From Tequatrovirus NIC06P2: DNA of 64,000 nt. Positions 46,375 to 63,202 of the stretch are shown here, in pieces. Position numbers and translations under genes: made by a program. Each line of letters starts with the position of its first letter. The stretch's first letter is position 1. The DNA lies in the sequence record OZ035760.1; one strand, given 5' to 3'. The notes beneath the pieces are model-generated. The model was given only the letters and a program-made list of their open reading frames with translations, made no database searches and was not told where the DNA came from.

Positions 46375-48085
46375 TAACCTTAATTGGTTTGTTGGTGTTG
46401 TTGAAGATAGAATGGACCCATTAAAATTAGGTCGTGTTCGTGTTCGTGTGGTTGGTCTGCATCCACCTCAAAGAGCACAAGGTGATGTAATGGGTATTCC
46501 AACTGAAAAATTACCATGGATGTCAGTTATTCAACCTATAACTTCTGCAGCAATGTCTGGAATTGGAGGTTCTGTTACTGGACCGGTAGAAGGAACTAAA
46601 GTTTATGGTCATTTTTTAGACAAATGGAAAACTAACGGAATTGTCCTTGGCACGTATGGTGGAATAGTTCGCGAAAAACCGAATAGACTTGAAGGATTTT
46701 CTGACCCAACTGGGCAGTATCCTAGACGTTTAGGAAATGATACTAATGTATTAAACCAAGGCGGAGAAGTAGGATATGATTCGTCTTCTAACATTATCCA
46801 AGATAGTAACTTAGACACTGCAATAAATCCCGATGATAGACCACTATCAGAGATTCCAACCGATGATAATCCAAATATGTCAATGGCTGACATGCTTCGC
46901 CGTGATGAAGGATTAAGACTAAAAGTTTATTGGGATACTGAAGGATATCCGACAATTGGTATTGGTCATCTTATCATGAAGCAGCCAGTTCGTGATATGG
47001 CTCAAATTAATAAAGTTTTATCAAAACAAGTTGGTCGTAAAATTACTGGAAACCCAGGTTCTATTACGATGGAAGAGGCGACGACTTTATTTGAACGTGA
47101 TTTGGCTGATATGCAACGGGACATTAAATCACATTCTAAAGTAGGACCAGTCTGGCAAGCTGTCAACCGTTCTCGTCAAATGGCGTTAGAAAATATGGCA
47201 TTTCAGATGGGTGTTGGCGGTGTAGCTAAATTTAACACAATGTTAACTGCTATGTTAGCAGGAGATTGGGAAAAAGCATATAAAGCCGGTCGTGATTCAT
47301 TGTGGTATCAACAAACAAAAGGCCGTGCATCCCGTGTTACCATGATTATTCTTACGGGGAATTTGGAATCATACGGTATTGAAGTGAAAACACCGGCTAG
47401 GTCTTTGTCAGCAATGGCTGCTGCTGTAGCAAAGTCTTCTGATCCAGCTGACCCTCCTATTCCGAATGATTCGAGAATTTTATTTAAAGAACCTGTTTCT
47501 TCATATAAAGGTGAATATCCGTATGTTCACGCAATGGAAACTGAAAGCGGACATATTCAGGAATTTGACGATACCCCGGGACAAGAACGATACAGATTAG
47601 TTCATCCGACTGGAACATATGAGGAAGTATCACCGTCAGGAAGAAGAACAAGAAAAACTGTTGATAATTTGTATGATATAACAAATGCTGATGGTAATTT
47701 TTTGGTAGCTGGCGATAAAAAGACTAACGTCGGTGGGTCAGAAATTTATTACAACATGGATAATCGTCTCCACCAAATAGATGGAAGCAATACAATATTT
47801 GTACGTGGCGATGAAACTAAGACGGTTGAAGGTAATGGAACTATCCTAGTAAAAGGTAATGTTACTATTGTAGTTGAAGGTAATGCTGACATTACAGTTA
47901 AAGGAGATGCTACCACTTTAGTTGAAGGAAATCAGACTAATACAGTAAATGGAAATCTTTCTTGGAAAGTTGCTGGGACGGTTGATTGGGACGTTGGTGG
48001 CGATTGGACAGAAAAAATGGCATCTATGAGTTCTATTTCATCTGGTCAATACACAATTGATGGATCGAGGATTGACATTGGCTAA
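46358..48085 (+). CDS. 5: Baseplate hub/central spike with lysozyme domain gp5
   Basis: 575 aa; internal lysozyme domain MLRRDEGLRLKVYWDTEGYPTIGIGHL; C-terminal VxGxxxxxx beta-helix repeats. Confidence 0.95.
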   Translation: MEMISNNLNWFVGVVEDRMDPLKLGRVRVRVVGLHPPQRAQGDVMGIPTEKLPWMSVIQPITSAAMSGIGGSVTGPVEGTKVYGHFLDKWKTNGIVLGTYGGIVREKPNRLEGFSDPTGQYPRRLGNDTNVLNQGGEVGYDSSSNIIQDSNLDTAINPDDRPLSEIPTDDNPNMSMADMLRRDEGLRLKVYWDTEGYPTIGIGHLIMKQPVRDMAQINKVLSKQVGRKITGNPGSITMEEATTLFERDLADMQRDIKSHSKVGPVWQAVNRSRQMALENMAFQMGVGGVAKFNTMLTAMLAGDWEKAYKAGRDSLWYQQTKGRASRVTMIILTGNLESYGIEVKTPARSLSAMAAAVAKSSDPADPPIPNDSRILFKEPVSSYKGEYPYVHAMETESGHIQEFDDTPGQERYRLVHPTGTYEEVSPSGRRTRKTVDNLYDITNADGNFLVAGDKKTNVGGSEIYYNMDNRLHQIDGSNTIFVRGDETKTVEGNGTILVKGNVTIVVEGNADITVKGDATTLVEGNQTNTVNGNLSWKVAGTVDWDVGGDWTEKMASMSSISSGQYTIDGSRIDIG

Positions 48086-48119
48086 TATACTTCCAATGAG
48101 CGCTGATTTAGGAGAATCC

Positions 48120-48614
48120 ATGGAAGGTTCTTCTATCGACGTCACCTTTACCGCTCAATTAGAAACAGGTGAAACGTTAGTATCTATAAATATAACTAGT
48201 TACGAAGAAACTCCTGGGGTTTTAGTAGAAGAAAATCGCTTATATGGAACATATGAATCTGTGTTTGGATTTGGAAATGACGCGTTGAAATATCGTTTAG
48301 GTGATGAATTTAAAACTGCTGCTTCATGGGAAGAACTTCCTACTGATTCTGATACTCAGTTGTATTTGTGGAAAGCTCCTCAGAATCTCCAGAAGACATT
48401 CACTTACGAAGTAACATTAATATATGACTACCAAGAACAAAGTGAATCTGGGGGTTCTGGAAGTAATTCTAGGTCATCTTCTGATACTACTGAACCAACG
48501 GATCCTCCTGCTCCAATAAGAAAAACTCTCGTTAAAAATTATACTAAAACTATAGTTGGAAATTGGAGTCGTTGGGCTAATAAATTAAGAAGCTATGTGT
48601 ATGAGAGGTCATAG
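48120..48614 (+). CDS. Hypothetical protein (T4 5.1 position); start ambiguous (48057, 48096 or 48120)
   Basis: SD AGGAGA precedes ATG at 48120; longer track ORF overlaps gp5 3' end. Confidence 0.55.
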   Translation: MEGSSIDVTFTAQLETGETLVSINITSYEETPGVLVEENRLYGTYESVFGFGNDALKYRLGDEFKTAASWEELPTDSDTQLYLWKAPQNLQKTFTYEVTLIYDYQEQSESGGSGSNSRSSSDTTEPTDPPAPIRKTLVKNYTKTIVGNWSRWANKLRSYVYERS

Positions 48615-48908
48615 ATGCCAGGATTAAGTTATGATAAATGTGTTACTGCTGGTCATGAAGCATGGCCTCCAACAGTTGTGAATGCTACACAAAGTAAAGT
48701 ATTCACTGGAGGAATTGCTGTTCTCATAGCAGGTGATCCAATTACAGAACATACAGAAATTAAAAAGCCATATGAAACACATGGCGGAGTGACACAACCC
48801 AGAACTTCTAAGGTATATGTCACTGGAAAGAAAGCTGTTCAAATGGCTGATCCAATATCATGCGGTGATACTGTGGCTCAGGCATCATCTAAAGTATTCA
48901 TTAAATAG
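48615..48908 (+). CDS. 5.4: PAAR-repeat spike tip protein gp5.4
   Basis: 97 aa; matches T4 gp5.4 size and PAAR-like motifs. Confidence 0.85.
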   Translation: MPGLSYDKCVTAGHEAWPPTVVNATQSKVFTGGIAVLIAGDPITEHTEIKKPYETHGGVTQPRTSKVYVTGKKAVQMADPISCGDTVAQASSKVFIK

Positions 48909-48916
48909 GATTTAAA

Positions 48917-50899
48917 ATGGCAAATACCCCTGTAAATTATCAATTAACAAGAACAGCAAATGCTATTCCCGAGATATTCGTCGGGGGTACGTTTGCTGAA
49001 ATAAAACAAAACCTCATTGAATGGCTTAATGGCCAAAATGAATTTTTGGATTATGATTTTGAAGGCTCAAGATTAAACGTTCTGTGTGACCTTTTGGCTT
49101 ATAATACATTGTACATTCAGCAGTTTGGTAATGCTGCTGTATATGAAAGCTTCATGCGTACTGCTAACTTACGAAGTTCAGTTGTTCAGGCTGCACAAGA
49201 TAATGGATATTTACCTACTTCAAAATCCGCTGCGCAGACCGAAATTATGTTAACATGCACCGACGCATTGAATAGGAATTACATTACTATTCCTCGCGGA
49301 ACTCGCTTTTTAGCATATGCAAAAGATACTTCTGTTAATCCATATAACTTCGTTTCTACCGAAGACGTTATTGCTATTCGTGATAAAAATAACCAATATT
49401 TTCCACGTTTAAAATTGGCCCAGGGACGTATAGTAAGAACTGAAATCATTTATGATAAATTAACGCCTATTATCATTTATGATAAAAATATTGATAGAAA
49501 CCAGGTTAAATTATATGTTGATGGAGCGGAATGGATTAACTGGACGAGAAAGTCAATGGTTCATGCTGGTTCAACATCAACGATTTACTATATGCGTGAA
49601 ACTATTGACGGAAACACTGAATTCTATTTTGGCGAAGGTGAAATTTCTGTTAATGCTTCTGAAGGAGCTTTGACCGCTAATTATATCGGAGGTCTTAAAC
49701 CTACCCAGAACTCTACGATTGTTATTGAGTACATCAGTACTAACGGTGCAGATGCGAATGGCGCAGTCGGATTTTCATATGCAGATACATTAACAAATAT
49801 AACTGTCATCAATATTAATGAAAATCCAAACGACGACCCAGATTTTGTTGGGGCAGATGGCGGCGGTGACCCAGAAGATATTGAGCGTATTCGCGAATTG
49901 GGTGCTATTAAACGCGAAACCCAGCAACGCTGCGTAACTGCAACCGACTATGATACATTCGTCTCAGAAAGATTCGGTTCTATTATTCAAGCGGTTCAGA
50001 CTTTCACTGATTCTACTAAACCTGGTTATGCATTTATTGCTGCTAAACCTAAATCAGGACTATATTTAACTACTGTACAACGTGAAGATATTAAAAATTA
50101 TCTCAAAGATTATAATTTAGCTCCTATTACGCCATCAATTATTTCTCCTAATTATCTTTTTATTAAGACTAATTTAAAAGTCACATATGCTTTAAATAAG
50201 CTGCAAGAATCCGAACAGTGGCTCGAAGGTCAAATAATTGATAAAATTGATCGTTATTATACCGAAGATGTAGAAATTTTTAACTCGTCTTTTGCCAAGT
50301 CTAAGATGTTGACATATGTAGATGATGCAGATCATTCTATCATTGGTTCATCAGCGACAATTCAAATTGTTCGTGAAGTACAAAACTTCTATAAAACGCC
50401 TGAAGCAGGTATTAAATACAATAATCAAATAAAAGATCGTTCTATGGAATCTAATACGTTTTCATTTAATTCTGGACGAAAGGTTGTAAATCCTGATACT
50501 GGTTTAGAAGAAGATGTATTATATGACGTTCGCATAGTATCAACAGACCGAGATTCTAAAGGAATTGGTAAAGTTATTATTGGTCCATTTGCTTCTGGCG
50601 ATGTTACAGAAAATGAAAACATTCAGCCGTATACAGGCAACGATTTTAACAAATTAGCAAATTCTGATGGACGCGACAAATACTATGTTATCGGTGAAAT
50701 AAATTATCCAGCTGACATGATTTATTGGAATATCGCTAAAATTAATTTAACATCTGAAAAATTTGAAGTTCAGACTATTGAATTATATTCTGACCCAACC
50801 GATGATGTTATCTTTACTCGCGATGGTTCACTGATTGTATTTGAAAATGACTTACGTCCACAATACTTAACTATCGATTTGGAGCCTATATCACAATGA
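48917..50899 (+). CDS. 6: Baseplate wedge protein gp6
   Basis: 660 aa, same length as T4 gp6. Confidence 0.92.
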   Translation: MANTPVNYQLTRTANAIPEIFVGGTFAEIKQNLIEWLNGQNEFLDYDFEGSRLNVLCDLLAYNTLYIQQFGNAAVYESFMRTANLRSSVVQAAQDNGYLPTSKSAAQTEIMLTCTDALNRNYITIPRGTRFLAYAKDTSVNPYNFVSTEDVIAIRDKNNQYFPRLKLAQGRIVRTEIIYDKLTPIIIYDKNIDRNQVKLYVDGAEWINWTRKSMVHAGSTSTIYYMRETIDGNTEFYFGEGEISVNASEGALTANYIGGLKPTQNSTIVIEYISTNGADANGAVGFSYADTLTNITVININENPNDDPDFVGADGGGDPEDIERIRELGAIKRETQQRCVTATDYDTFVSERFGSIIQAVQTFTDSTKPGYAFIAAKPKSGLYLTTVQREDIKNYLKDYNLAPITPSIISPNYLFIKTNLKVTYALNKLQESEQWLEGQIIDKIDRYYTEDVEIFNSSFAKSKMLTYVDDADHSIIGSSATIQIVREVQNFYKTPEAGIKYNNQIKDRSMESNTFSFNSGRKVVNPDTGLEEDVLYDVRIVSTDRDSKGIGKVIIGPFASGDVTENENIQPYTGNDFNKLANSDGRDKYYVIGEINYPADMIYWNIAKINLTSEKFEVQTIELYSDPTDDVIFTRDGSLIVFENDLRPQYLTIDLEPISQ

Positions 50900-53800
50900 C
50901 AGTAAAAGCACCTTCAGTCACTAGTCTCAGAATTTCCAAGTTATCCGCAAATCAGGTGCAAGTACGCTGGGATGACGTTGGTGCTAATTTCTACTATTTT
51001 GTAGAAATCGCTGAGACAAAAACAAACTCGGGGGAAAAACTCCCGAGTAATCAATATCGTTGGATTAATTTAGGATATACAGCAAATAATAGTTTCTTTT
51101 TTGATGATGCTGATCCATTAACAACATACATTATTAGAGTAGCCACAGCTGCGCAAGATTTTGAGCAGTCTGATTGGATTTATACCGAAGAGTTTGAAAC
51201 TTTTGCTACAAATGCTTATACATTTCAAAACATGATTGAAATGCAATTAGCCAATAAATTCATTCAGGAAAAATTTACTCTTAATAATTCTGACTATGTC
51301 AATTTTAACAATGACACTATAATGGCTGCATTGATGAATGAATCATTCCAATTCAGCCCATCGTATGTTGATGTTTCATCAATAAGTAATTTTATTATTG
51401 GTGAAAATGAGTATCATGAAATACAAGGTTCTATTCAGCAAGTATGTAAGGATATTAATCGAGTTTATTTGATGGAATCAGAAGGGATTCTATATCTTTT
51501 TGAGCGTTATCAACCCGTAGTTAAAGTATCAAATGATAAAGGACAAACCTGGAAAGCTGTAAAGCTCTTCAATGACCGTGTAGGATATCCTTTATCTAAG
51601 ACTGTATATTACCAATCTGCAAACACAACATACGTTCTAGGATACGACAAGATTTTCTATGGCCGCAAATCTACTGATGTTAGATGGTCAGCTGATGATG
51701 TCAGATTTAGTTCGCAGGATATAACATTTGCTAAACTTGGCGATCAATTACATCTAGGATTTGATGTAGAAATTTTTGCCACTTACGCGACTTTGCCAGC
51801 TAATGTATACCGCATTGCAGAAGCTATTACTTGCACCGATGATTACATTTACGTTGTCGCCAGAGACAAAGTTAGATACATAAAAACGAGTAATGCACCC
51901 ATAGATTCTGATCCATTATCCCCAACATATTCGGAAAGACTTTTTGAACCCGATACAATGACTATAACCGGAAATCCTAAAGCAGTATGCTATAAAATGG
52001 ATTCTATCGGTGATAAAGTTTTTGCTCTTATTATTGGTGAAGTTGAAACATTAAATGCTAATCCTAGAACATCAAAAATAATTGATTCTGCTGATAAAGG
52101 AATATATGTTTTAAATCATGGCACGAAAACATGGAAAAGAGTTTTTGGTAATACCGAAGAAGAAAGAAGACGTATTCAACCCGGATATGCGAATATGTCA
52201 ACTGATGGTAAATTAGTTTCTCTGTCTTCGAGCAATTTTAAATTTTTAAGTGATAATGTTGTTAATGACCCTGAAACTGCAGCAAAATATCAGTTAATTG
52301 GTGCTGTCAAATATGAATTTCCTCGTGAATGGTTAGCTGATAAGCATTATCATATGATGGCATTTATAGCGGATGAAAAATCTGATTGGGAAACTTTTAC
52401 GCCTCAGCCAATGAAATACTACGCAGAACCGTTCTTTAACTGGTCTAAAAAATCTAACACACGTTGTTGGATAAACAACTCTGATAGAGCTGTAGTAGTT
52501 TATGCTGATTTAAAATACACTAAAGTTATAGAAAATATTCCGGAAACATCACCAGATAGATTAGTTCATGAATACTGGGATGATGGTGATTGCACTATAG
52601 TAATGCCAAATGTCAAATTCACTGGATTTAAAAAATACGCATCAGGAATGCTTTTCTATAAAGCCTCCGGTGAAATAATTTCTTACTATGATTTTAACTA
52701 TCGTGTGAGAGATACAGTAGAAATTATTTGGAAGCCAACTGAAGTATTTTTAAAAGCATTTTTACAAAACCAAGAGCATGAGACTCCTTGGTCACCAGAA
52801 GAAGAGCGTGGATTAGCTGACCCTGATTTAAGACCATTAATTGGCACAATGATGCCTGATTCTTATTTGTTACAGGATTCGAATTTTGAGGCATTTTGTG
52901 AAGCATATATTCAGTATCTTTCTGATGGATATGGAACTCAATACAATAATTTACGAAATTTAATTCGTAACCAATATCCACGAGAAGAGCATGCATGGGA
53001 ATATTTGTGGTCAGAGATATATAAAAGAAACATTTATTTAAATGCTGACAAACGTGATGCTGTTGCAAGATTCTTTGAATCACGTAGTTATGATTTTTAT
53101 TCTACTAAAGGAATTGAAGCATCATACAAATTTCTTTTTAAAGTTCTTTATAATGAAGAAGTCGAAATTGAAATTGAATCGGGAGCAGGTACTGAATATG
53201 ATGTAATCATTCAATCTGATTCTCTTACAGAAGATTTAGTAGGACAGACTATCTATACTGCAACCGGAAGATGCAATGTTACTTATATAGAAAGAAGTTA
53301 TTCTAATGGTAAATTGCAATGGACCGTGACTATACATAATCTTTTGGGGCGTTTAATAGCAGGGCAAGAAGTTAAAGCAGAAAGACTTCCAGGTTTTGAA
53401 GGCGAAATTATTCGTGGGGTTAAAGGAAAGGATTTGCTTCAAAATAATATAGACTATATTAATAGAAGTCGATCATATTATGTAATGAAAATTAAATCCA
53501 ATTTACCTTCTTCTCGTTGGAAATCTGACGTTATTCGTTTTGTTCATCCAGTAGGATTTGGATTTATAGCAATTACACTTTTAACAATGTTTATTAATGT
53601 TGGTTTAACTCTTAAACATACAGAGACTATAATTAATAAATACAAAAACTATAAATGGGATTCTGGATTGCCTACTGAATATGCTGATAGAGTAGCTAAA
53701 TTGACTCCAACTGGTGAAATTGAGCATGATTCGGTAACAGGCGAAGCAATTTATGAGCCTGGCCCAATGGCTGGTGTAGAATATCCTCTTCCTGATGACT

Positions 53801-53994
53801 ATAATGATGAAAATAACAATTCAATATTTCAAGGTCAATTGCCGTCTGAACGACGTAAATTAATGAGTCCTTTATTTGATGCATCTGGAACAACATTTGC
53901 ACAATTTAGAGATTTAGTTAATAAACGTCTAAAAGATAATATAGGAAATCCAAGAGACCCTGAAAATCCAACACAGGTTAAAATAGATGAATGA
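50896..53994 (+). CDS. 7: Baseplate wedge protein gp7
   Basis: 1032 aa, same length as T4 gp7; 4-nt overlap with gp6. Confidence 0.92.
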   Translation: MTVKAPSVTSLRISKLSANQVQVRWDDVGANFYYFVEIAETKTNSGEKLPSNQYRWINLGYTANNSFFFDDADPLTTYIIRVATAAQDFEQSDWIYTEEFETFATNAYTFQNMIEMQLANKFIQEKFTLNNSDYVNFNNDTIMAALMNESFQFSPSYVDVSSISNFIIGENEYHEIQGSIQQVCKDINRVYLMESEGILYLFERYQPVVKVSNDKGQTWKAVKLFNDRVGYPLSKTVYYQSANTTYVLGYDKIFYGRKSTDVRWSADDVRFSSQDITFAKLGDQLHLGFDVEIFATYATLPANVYRIAEAITCTDDYIYVVARDKVRYIKTSNAPIDSDPLSPTYSERLFEPDTMTITGNPKAVCYKMDSIGDKVFALIIGEVETLNANPRTSKIIDSADKGIYVLNHGTKTWKRVFGNTEEERRRIQPGYANMSTDGKLVSLSSSNFKFLSDNVVNDPETAAKYQLIGAVKYEFPREWLADKHYHMMAFIADEKSDWETFTPQPMKYYAEPFFNWSKKSNTRCWINNSDRAVVVYADLKYTKVIENIPETSPDRLVHEYWDDGDCTIVMPNVKFTGFKKYASGMLFYKASGEIISYYDFNYRVRDTVEIIWKPTEVFLKAFLQNQEHETPWSPEEERGLADPDLRPLIGTMMPDSYLLQDSNFEAFCEAYIQYLSDGYGTQYNNLRNLIRNQYPREEHAWEYLWSEIYKRNIYLNADKRDAVARFFESRSYDFYSTKGIEASYKFLFKVLYNEEVEIEIESGAGTEYDVIIQSDSLTEDLVGQTIYTATGRCNVTYIERSYSNGKLQWTVTIHNLLGRLIAGQEVKAERLPGFEGEIIRGVKGKDLLQNNIDYINRSRSYYVMKIKSNLPSSRWKSDVIRFVHPVGFGFIAITLLTMFINVGLTLKHTETIINKYKNYKWDSGLPTEYADRVAKLTPTGEIEHDSVTGEAIYEPGPMAGVEYPLPDDYNDENNNSIFQGQLPSERRKLMSPLFDASGTTFAQFRDLVNKRLKDNIGNPRDPENPTQVKIDE

Positions 53995-54991
53995 TTCAAG
54001 TGTTATCTATCGTGCGATAGTTACTTCAAAATTTAGAACAGAAAAAATGTTGAATTTTTATAATTCAATTGGAAGTGGTCCGGATAAAAACACTATCTTT
54101 ATCACATTTGGAAGATCAGAACCGTGGTCATCAAATGAAAATGAGGTGGGCTTTGCCCCACCTTATCCTACCGATTCTGTATTAGGTGTAACTGACATGT
54201 GGACTCATATGATGGGAACAGTAAAAGTTCTTCCATCAATGCTTGATGCTGTTATTCCTCGCAGAGATTGGGGAGATACTAGATATCCGGATCCATACAC
54301 ATTTAGAATTAATGATATTGTAGTGTGTAACTCAGCTCCTTACAACGCTACTGAATCAGGCGCAGGCTGGTTAGTATATCGTTGTTTAGATGTTCCTGAT
54401 ACCGGAATGTGTTCAATCGCATCTTTAACTGATAAGGATGAATGCCTTAAGTTAGGTGGAAAATGGACTCCTTCTGCTAGGTCAATGACTCCTCCTGAAG
54501 GTCGAGGAGATGCTGAAGGAACAATTGAACCTGGGGACGGATATGTTTGGGAATATCTATTTGAGATTCCGCCTGATGTATCTATAAATAGATGCACGAA
54601 TGAATATATCGTGGTTCCTTGGCCTGAGGAATTAAAAGAAAATCCGACTAGATGGGGATATGAAGATAATCTCACTTGGCAACAAGATGATTTTGGATTA
54701 ATTTACCGTGTTAAGGCAAATACTATCCGTTTTAAAGCATATTTAGATTCAGTTTATTTTCCTGAAGCTGCATTGCCAGGAAATAAAGGATTTAGACAAA
54801 TATCAATAATCACGAATCCTCTTGAAGCTAAAGCTCATCCAAATGACCCAAATGTTAAAGCTGAAAAGGATTATTATGACCCAGAAGATTTAATGAGGCA
54901 TTCGGGTGAAATGATTTATATGGAAAATAGGCCACCTATTATTATGGCAATGGATCAAACAGAAGAAATCAATATTCTGTTTACATTTTAA
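53987..54991 (+). CDS. 8: Baseplate wedge protein gp8
   Basis: 334 aa, same length as T4 gp8. Confidence 0.92.
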   Translation: MNDSSVIYRAIVTSKFRTEKMLNFYNSIGSGPDKNTIFITFGRSEPWSSNENEVGFAPPYPTDSVLGVTDMWTHMMGTVKVLPSMLDAVIPRRDWGDTRYPDPYTFRINDIVVCNSAPYNATESGAGWLVYRCLDVPDTGMCSIASLTDKDECLKLGGKWTPSARSMTPPEGRGDAEGTIEPGDGYVWEYLFEIPPDVSINRCTNEYIVVPWPEELKENPTRWGYEDNLTWQQDDFGLIYRVKANTIRFKAYLDSVYFPEAALPGNKGFRQISIITNPLEAKAHPNDPNVKAEKDYYDPEDLMRHSGEMIYMENRPPIIMAMDQTEEINILFTF

Positions 54992-54996
54992 ATTAA

Positions 54997-55022
54997 GGGA
55001 GCCCATGGGCTCCCTTTTTCTT
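54997..55022 (+). terminator. Rho-independent terminator after gene 8
   Basis: GGGAGCCCAUGGGCUCCC followed by UUUUUC. Confidence 0.6.
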
Positions 55023-55030
55023 TATAAATA
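55023..55030 (+). promoter_or_regulatory. Late promoter TATAAATA for gene 9
   Basis: Exact TATAAATA 25 nt before ATG 55055. Confidence 0.55.
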
Positions 55031-55054
55031 CTATAAACTCATAAGGAAACCGCT

Positions 55055-55921
55055 ATGTTCATTCAAGAACCAAAGAAATTGATTGATACCGGCGAAATTG
55101 GTAACGCTTCTACTGGTGATATCTTATTCGACGGTGGTAATAAAATTAATAGTGATTTTAACGCAATTTATAATGCGTTTGGCGATCAGCGTAAAATGGC
55201 AGTAGCAAATGGCACTGGAGCAGATGGTCAAATTATCCATGCTACTGGATATTATCAAAAACACTCTATTACAGAGTACGCAACTCCAGTGAAAGTCGGC
55301 ACTAGACATGATATTGATACCTCTACTGTAGGTGTTAAAGTTATCATTGAAAGAGGCGAACTCGGCGATTGTGTTGAATTCATTAACTCTAATGGATCAA
55401 TATCAGTTACTAATCCTTTGACAATTCAAGCTATTGATTCAATTAAAGGTGTTTCAGGTAATTTAGTAGTAACTAGCCCATATAGTAAAGTTACTTTACG
55501 CTGTATTTCATCTGATAATTCTACGTCGGTTTGGAATTATTCTATTGAAAGTATGTTTGGACAAAAGGAATCACCAGCTGAAGGTACATGGAATATTTCT
55601 ACATCTGGATCAGTTGACATTCCATTATTTCATCGTACTGAATACAATATGGCTAAATTGCTAGTTACGTGCCAATCGGTAGATGGAAGAAAAATTAAAA
55701 CAGCAGAAATAAATATTCTTGTGGATACTGTTAATTCAGAGGTAATTTCTTCTGAATATGCTGTCATGCGAGTTGGGAATGAAACCGAAGAAGACGAAAT
55801 CGCTAATATTGCATTTAGTATTAAAGAAAATTATGTAACGGCGACTATAAGTTCTTCAACTGTCGGTATGAGAGCAGCAGTTAAAGTTATCGCTACGCAG
55901 AAAATCGGGGTGGCTCAATAA
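55055..55921 (+). CDS. 9: Baseplate protein gp9 (long tail fiber socket)
   Basis: 288 aa, same length as T4 gp9. Confidence 0.92.
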   Translation: MFIQEPKKLIDTGEIGNASTGDILFDGGNKINSDFNAIYNAFGDQRKMAVANGTGADGQIIHATGYYQKHSITEYATPVKVGTRHDIDTSTVGVKVIIERGELGDCVEFINSNGSISVTNPLTIQAIDSIKGVSGNLVVTSPYSKVTLRCISSDNSTSVWNYSIESMFGQKESPAEGTWNISTSGSVDIPLFHRTEYNMAKLLVTCQSVDGRKIKTAEINILVDTVNSEVISSEYAVMRVGNETEEDEIANIAFSIKENYVTATISSSTVGMRAAVKVIATQKIGVAQ

Positions 55922-57729
55922 TGAAACAAAATATTAATATCGGTAATGTTGTAGATGATGGTACCGGTGACTACCTGCGTAAAGGTGGTATAAAAATAAA
56001 TGAAAACTTTGATGAGCTTTATTATGAACTCGGTGATGGTGATGTTCCATATTCAGCCGGTGCCTGGAAAACTTATAATGCTTCATCAGGACAAACATTA
56101 ACAGCAGAATGGGGAAAATCATACGCTATTAATACATCTTCTGGAAGAGTGACTATAAATCTTCCAAAGGGTACAGTTAATGATTACAACAAGGTAATTA
56201 GAGCTAGAGACGTATTTGCTACATGGAACGTCAACCCAGTTACACTAGTAGCTGCTTCCGGCGATACGATTAAAGGGTCTGCAGTACCAGTTGAAATTAA
56301 TGTTCAATTCAGCGATTTAGAACTAGTGTATTGTGCCCCAGGACGTTGGGAATATGTCAAAAATAAACAAATTGACAAAATTACCAGTTCAGACATTAGT
56401 AATGTAGCTCGTAAAGAATTTTTAGTCGAAGTCCAAGGACAAACAGACTTTTTAGATGTTTTCCGTGGAACTAGTTATAATGTAAATAACATCAGAGTAA
56501 AACATCGCGGTAATGAATTGTATTACGGTGATGTATTTAGCGAAAACAGCGATTTTGGCTCTCCAGGCGAAAATGAAGGAGAACTGGTTCCTCTTGATGG
56601 ATTTAATATTCGATTAAGACAGCCTTGTAATATTGGTGACACTGTTCAAATTGAAACATTTATGGATGGTGTATCACAGTGGAGAAGTTCATATACAAGA
56701 CGTCAAATTAGATTGTTAGATTCAAAATTAACGTCAAAAACTTCTTTAGAAGGAAGCATTTACGTTACTGATTTATCAACAATGAAATCAATTCCATTTT
56801 CTGCTTTTGGATTAATTCCAGGAGAACCTATTAATCCTAACTCTCTTGAGGTTCGTTTTAACGGGATTTTACAGGAATTGGCTGGCACAGTTGGAATGCC
56901 ATTATTTCATTGTGTTGGTGCCGATTCAGACGATGAAGTAGAATGCTCTGTTTTAGGTGGAACTTGGGAACAATCTCATACCGATTATTCAGTTGAAACT
57001 GATGAAAACGGCATACCAGAAATTTTACATTTCGATAGAGTATTTGAGCATGGTGACATTATCAATATCACCTGGTTTAATAATGATTTGGGTACATTAT
57101 TAACAAAAGATGAGATTATTGATGAAACTGATAATCTCTATGTATCGCAAGGACCTGGAGTAGATATTTCTGGTGATGTAAATTTAACAGACTTCGATAA
57201 AATTGGTTGGCCAAATGTAGAAGCAGTTCAATCTTATCAACGCGAATTTAATGCTGTTTCAAATATCTTTGATACGATTTATCCTATTGGAACTATATAT
57301 GAAAACGCTGTTAATCCAAATAACCCTGTTACATATATGGGATTCGGCTCATGGAAATTATTTGGGCAAGGAAAAGTTTTAGTTGGATGGAATGAAGATA
57401 TTTCGGATCCGAATTTTGCTCTAAATAACAACGATTTAGATTCTGGTGGAAATCCTTCGCATACTGCAGGTGGAACAGGTGGTTCTACTTCTGTTACATT
57501 GGAAAATGCTAATCTTCCTGCAACTGAAACAGATGAAGAAGTTCTAATAGTTGATGAAAATGGATCAGTCATTGTTGGTGGGTGTCAATACGATCCAGAT
57601 GAATCCGGTCCAATTTACACTAAATACCGTGAAGCTAAAGCATCTACTAACTCTACTCACACTCCGCCAACATCAATAACTAACATTCAACCATATATTA
57701 CAGTTTATCGTTGGATAAGGATTGCATAA
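55921..57729 (+). CDS. 10: Baseplate wedge protein gp10
   Basis: 602 aa, same length as T4 gp10. Confidence 0.92.
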   Translation: MKQNINIGNVVDDGTGDYLRKGGIKINENFDELYYELGDGDVPYSAGAWKTYNASSGQTLTAEWGKSYAINTSSGRVTINLPKGTVNDYNKVIRARDVFATWNVNPVTLVAASGDTIKGSAVPVEINVQFSDLELVYCAPGRWEYVKNKQIDKITSSDISNVARKEFLVEVQGQTDFLDVFRGTSYNVNNIRVKHRGNELYYGDVFSENSDFGSPGENEGELVPLDGFNIRLRQPCNIGDTVQIETFMDGVSQWRSSYTRRQIRLLDSKLTSKTSLEGSIYVTDLSTMKSIPFSAFGLIPGEPINPNSLEVRFNGILQELAGTVGMPLFHCVGADSDDEVECSVLGGTWEQSHTDYSVETDENGIPEILHFDRVFEHGDIINITWFNNDLGTLLTKDEIIDETDNLYVSQGPGVDISGDVNLTDFDKIGWPNVEAVQSYQREFNAVSNIFDTIYPIGTIYENAVNPNNPVTYMGFGSWKLFGQGKVLVGWNEDISDPNFALNNNDLDSGGNPSHTAGGTGGSTSVTLENANLPATETDEEVLIVDENGSVIVGGCQYDPDESGPIYTKYREAKASTNSTHTPPTSITNIQPYITVYRWIRIA

Positions 57730-58384
57730 TGAGTTTACTTAATAATAAAGCGGGAGTTATTTCCCGCTTAGCCGATTTTCTTGGTTTTAGACCTAAAGCT
57801 GGTAATATAGATGTAATGAATCGTCAATCAGTTGGGTCAGTGACAATTTCTCAATTAGCGAAAGGATTTTATGAACCAAACGTAGAATCAGCTATTAATG
57901 ACGTTCATAATTTTTCTATAAAAGACGTTGGTACAATTATTACTAATAAAACTGGTGTTTCTCCTGAGGGTGTTTCTCAAACTGATTATTGGGCATTTTC
58001 TGGAACTGTAACAGACGATTCTCTTCCTCCGGGTTCTCCTGTTACGGTATTAGTATTTGGTCTTCCAGTTTCAGCAACAACTGGAATGACGGCAATTGAG
58101 TTTGTTGCAAAAGTTCGTGTTGCCCTTCAAGAAGCTATTGCGTCATTTACTGCTATCAACTCATATAAAGACCATCCAACAGATGGTAGTAAATTAGAAG
58201 TTACTTATTTAGATAATCAAAAACATGTATTAAGCACATATTCTACATATGGAATAACTATTTCACAGGAAATTATTTCTGAGTCTAAACCTGGCTACGG
58301 TACATGGAATTTATTAGGCGCACAAACTGTAACTTTAGATAATCAGCAGACTCCTACAGTACTTTATCATTTTGAGAGAACAGC

Positions 58385-58388
<4 letters not shown>
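57729..58388 (+). CDS. 11: Baseplate protein gp11 (short tail fiber attachment)
   Basis: 219 aa from MSLLNNKAG; ATG overlaps gp10 stop (TAATG). Confidence 0.9.
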
Positions 58389-61428
<3,040 letters not shown>

Positions 61429-61430
61429 CA

Positions 61431-61448
61431 TGGGGCCGCAAGGCCCCA
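61431..61448 (+). terminator. GNRA-tetraloop hairpin after wac (terminator or stability element)
   Basis: UGGGGCCGCAAGGCCCCA; weak U-tract. Confidence 0.4.
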
Positions 61449-61459
61449 AAGGATTTTAA

Positions 61460-63161
<1,702 letters not shown>

Positions 63162-63202
63162 TAAATATTATAAACTAATTAAAGCCCAGATTAGGAGAAA
63201 TC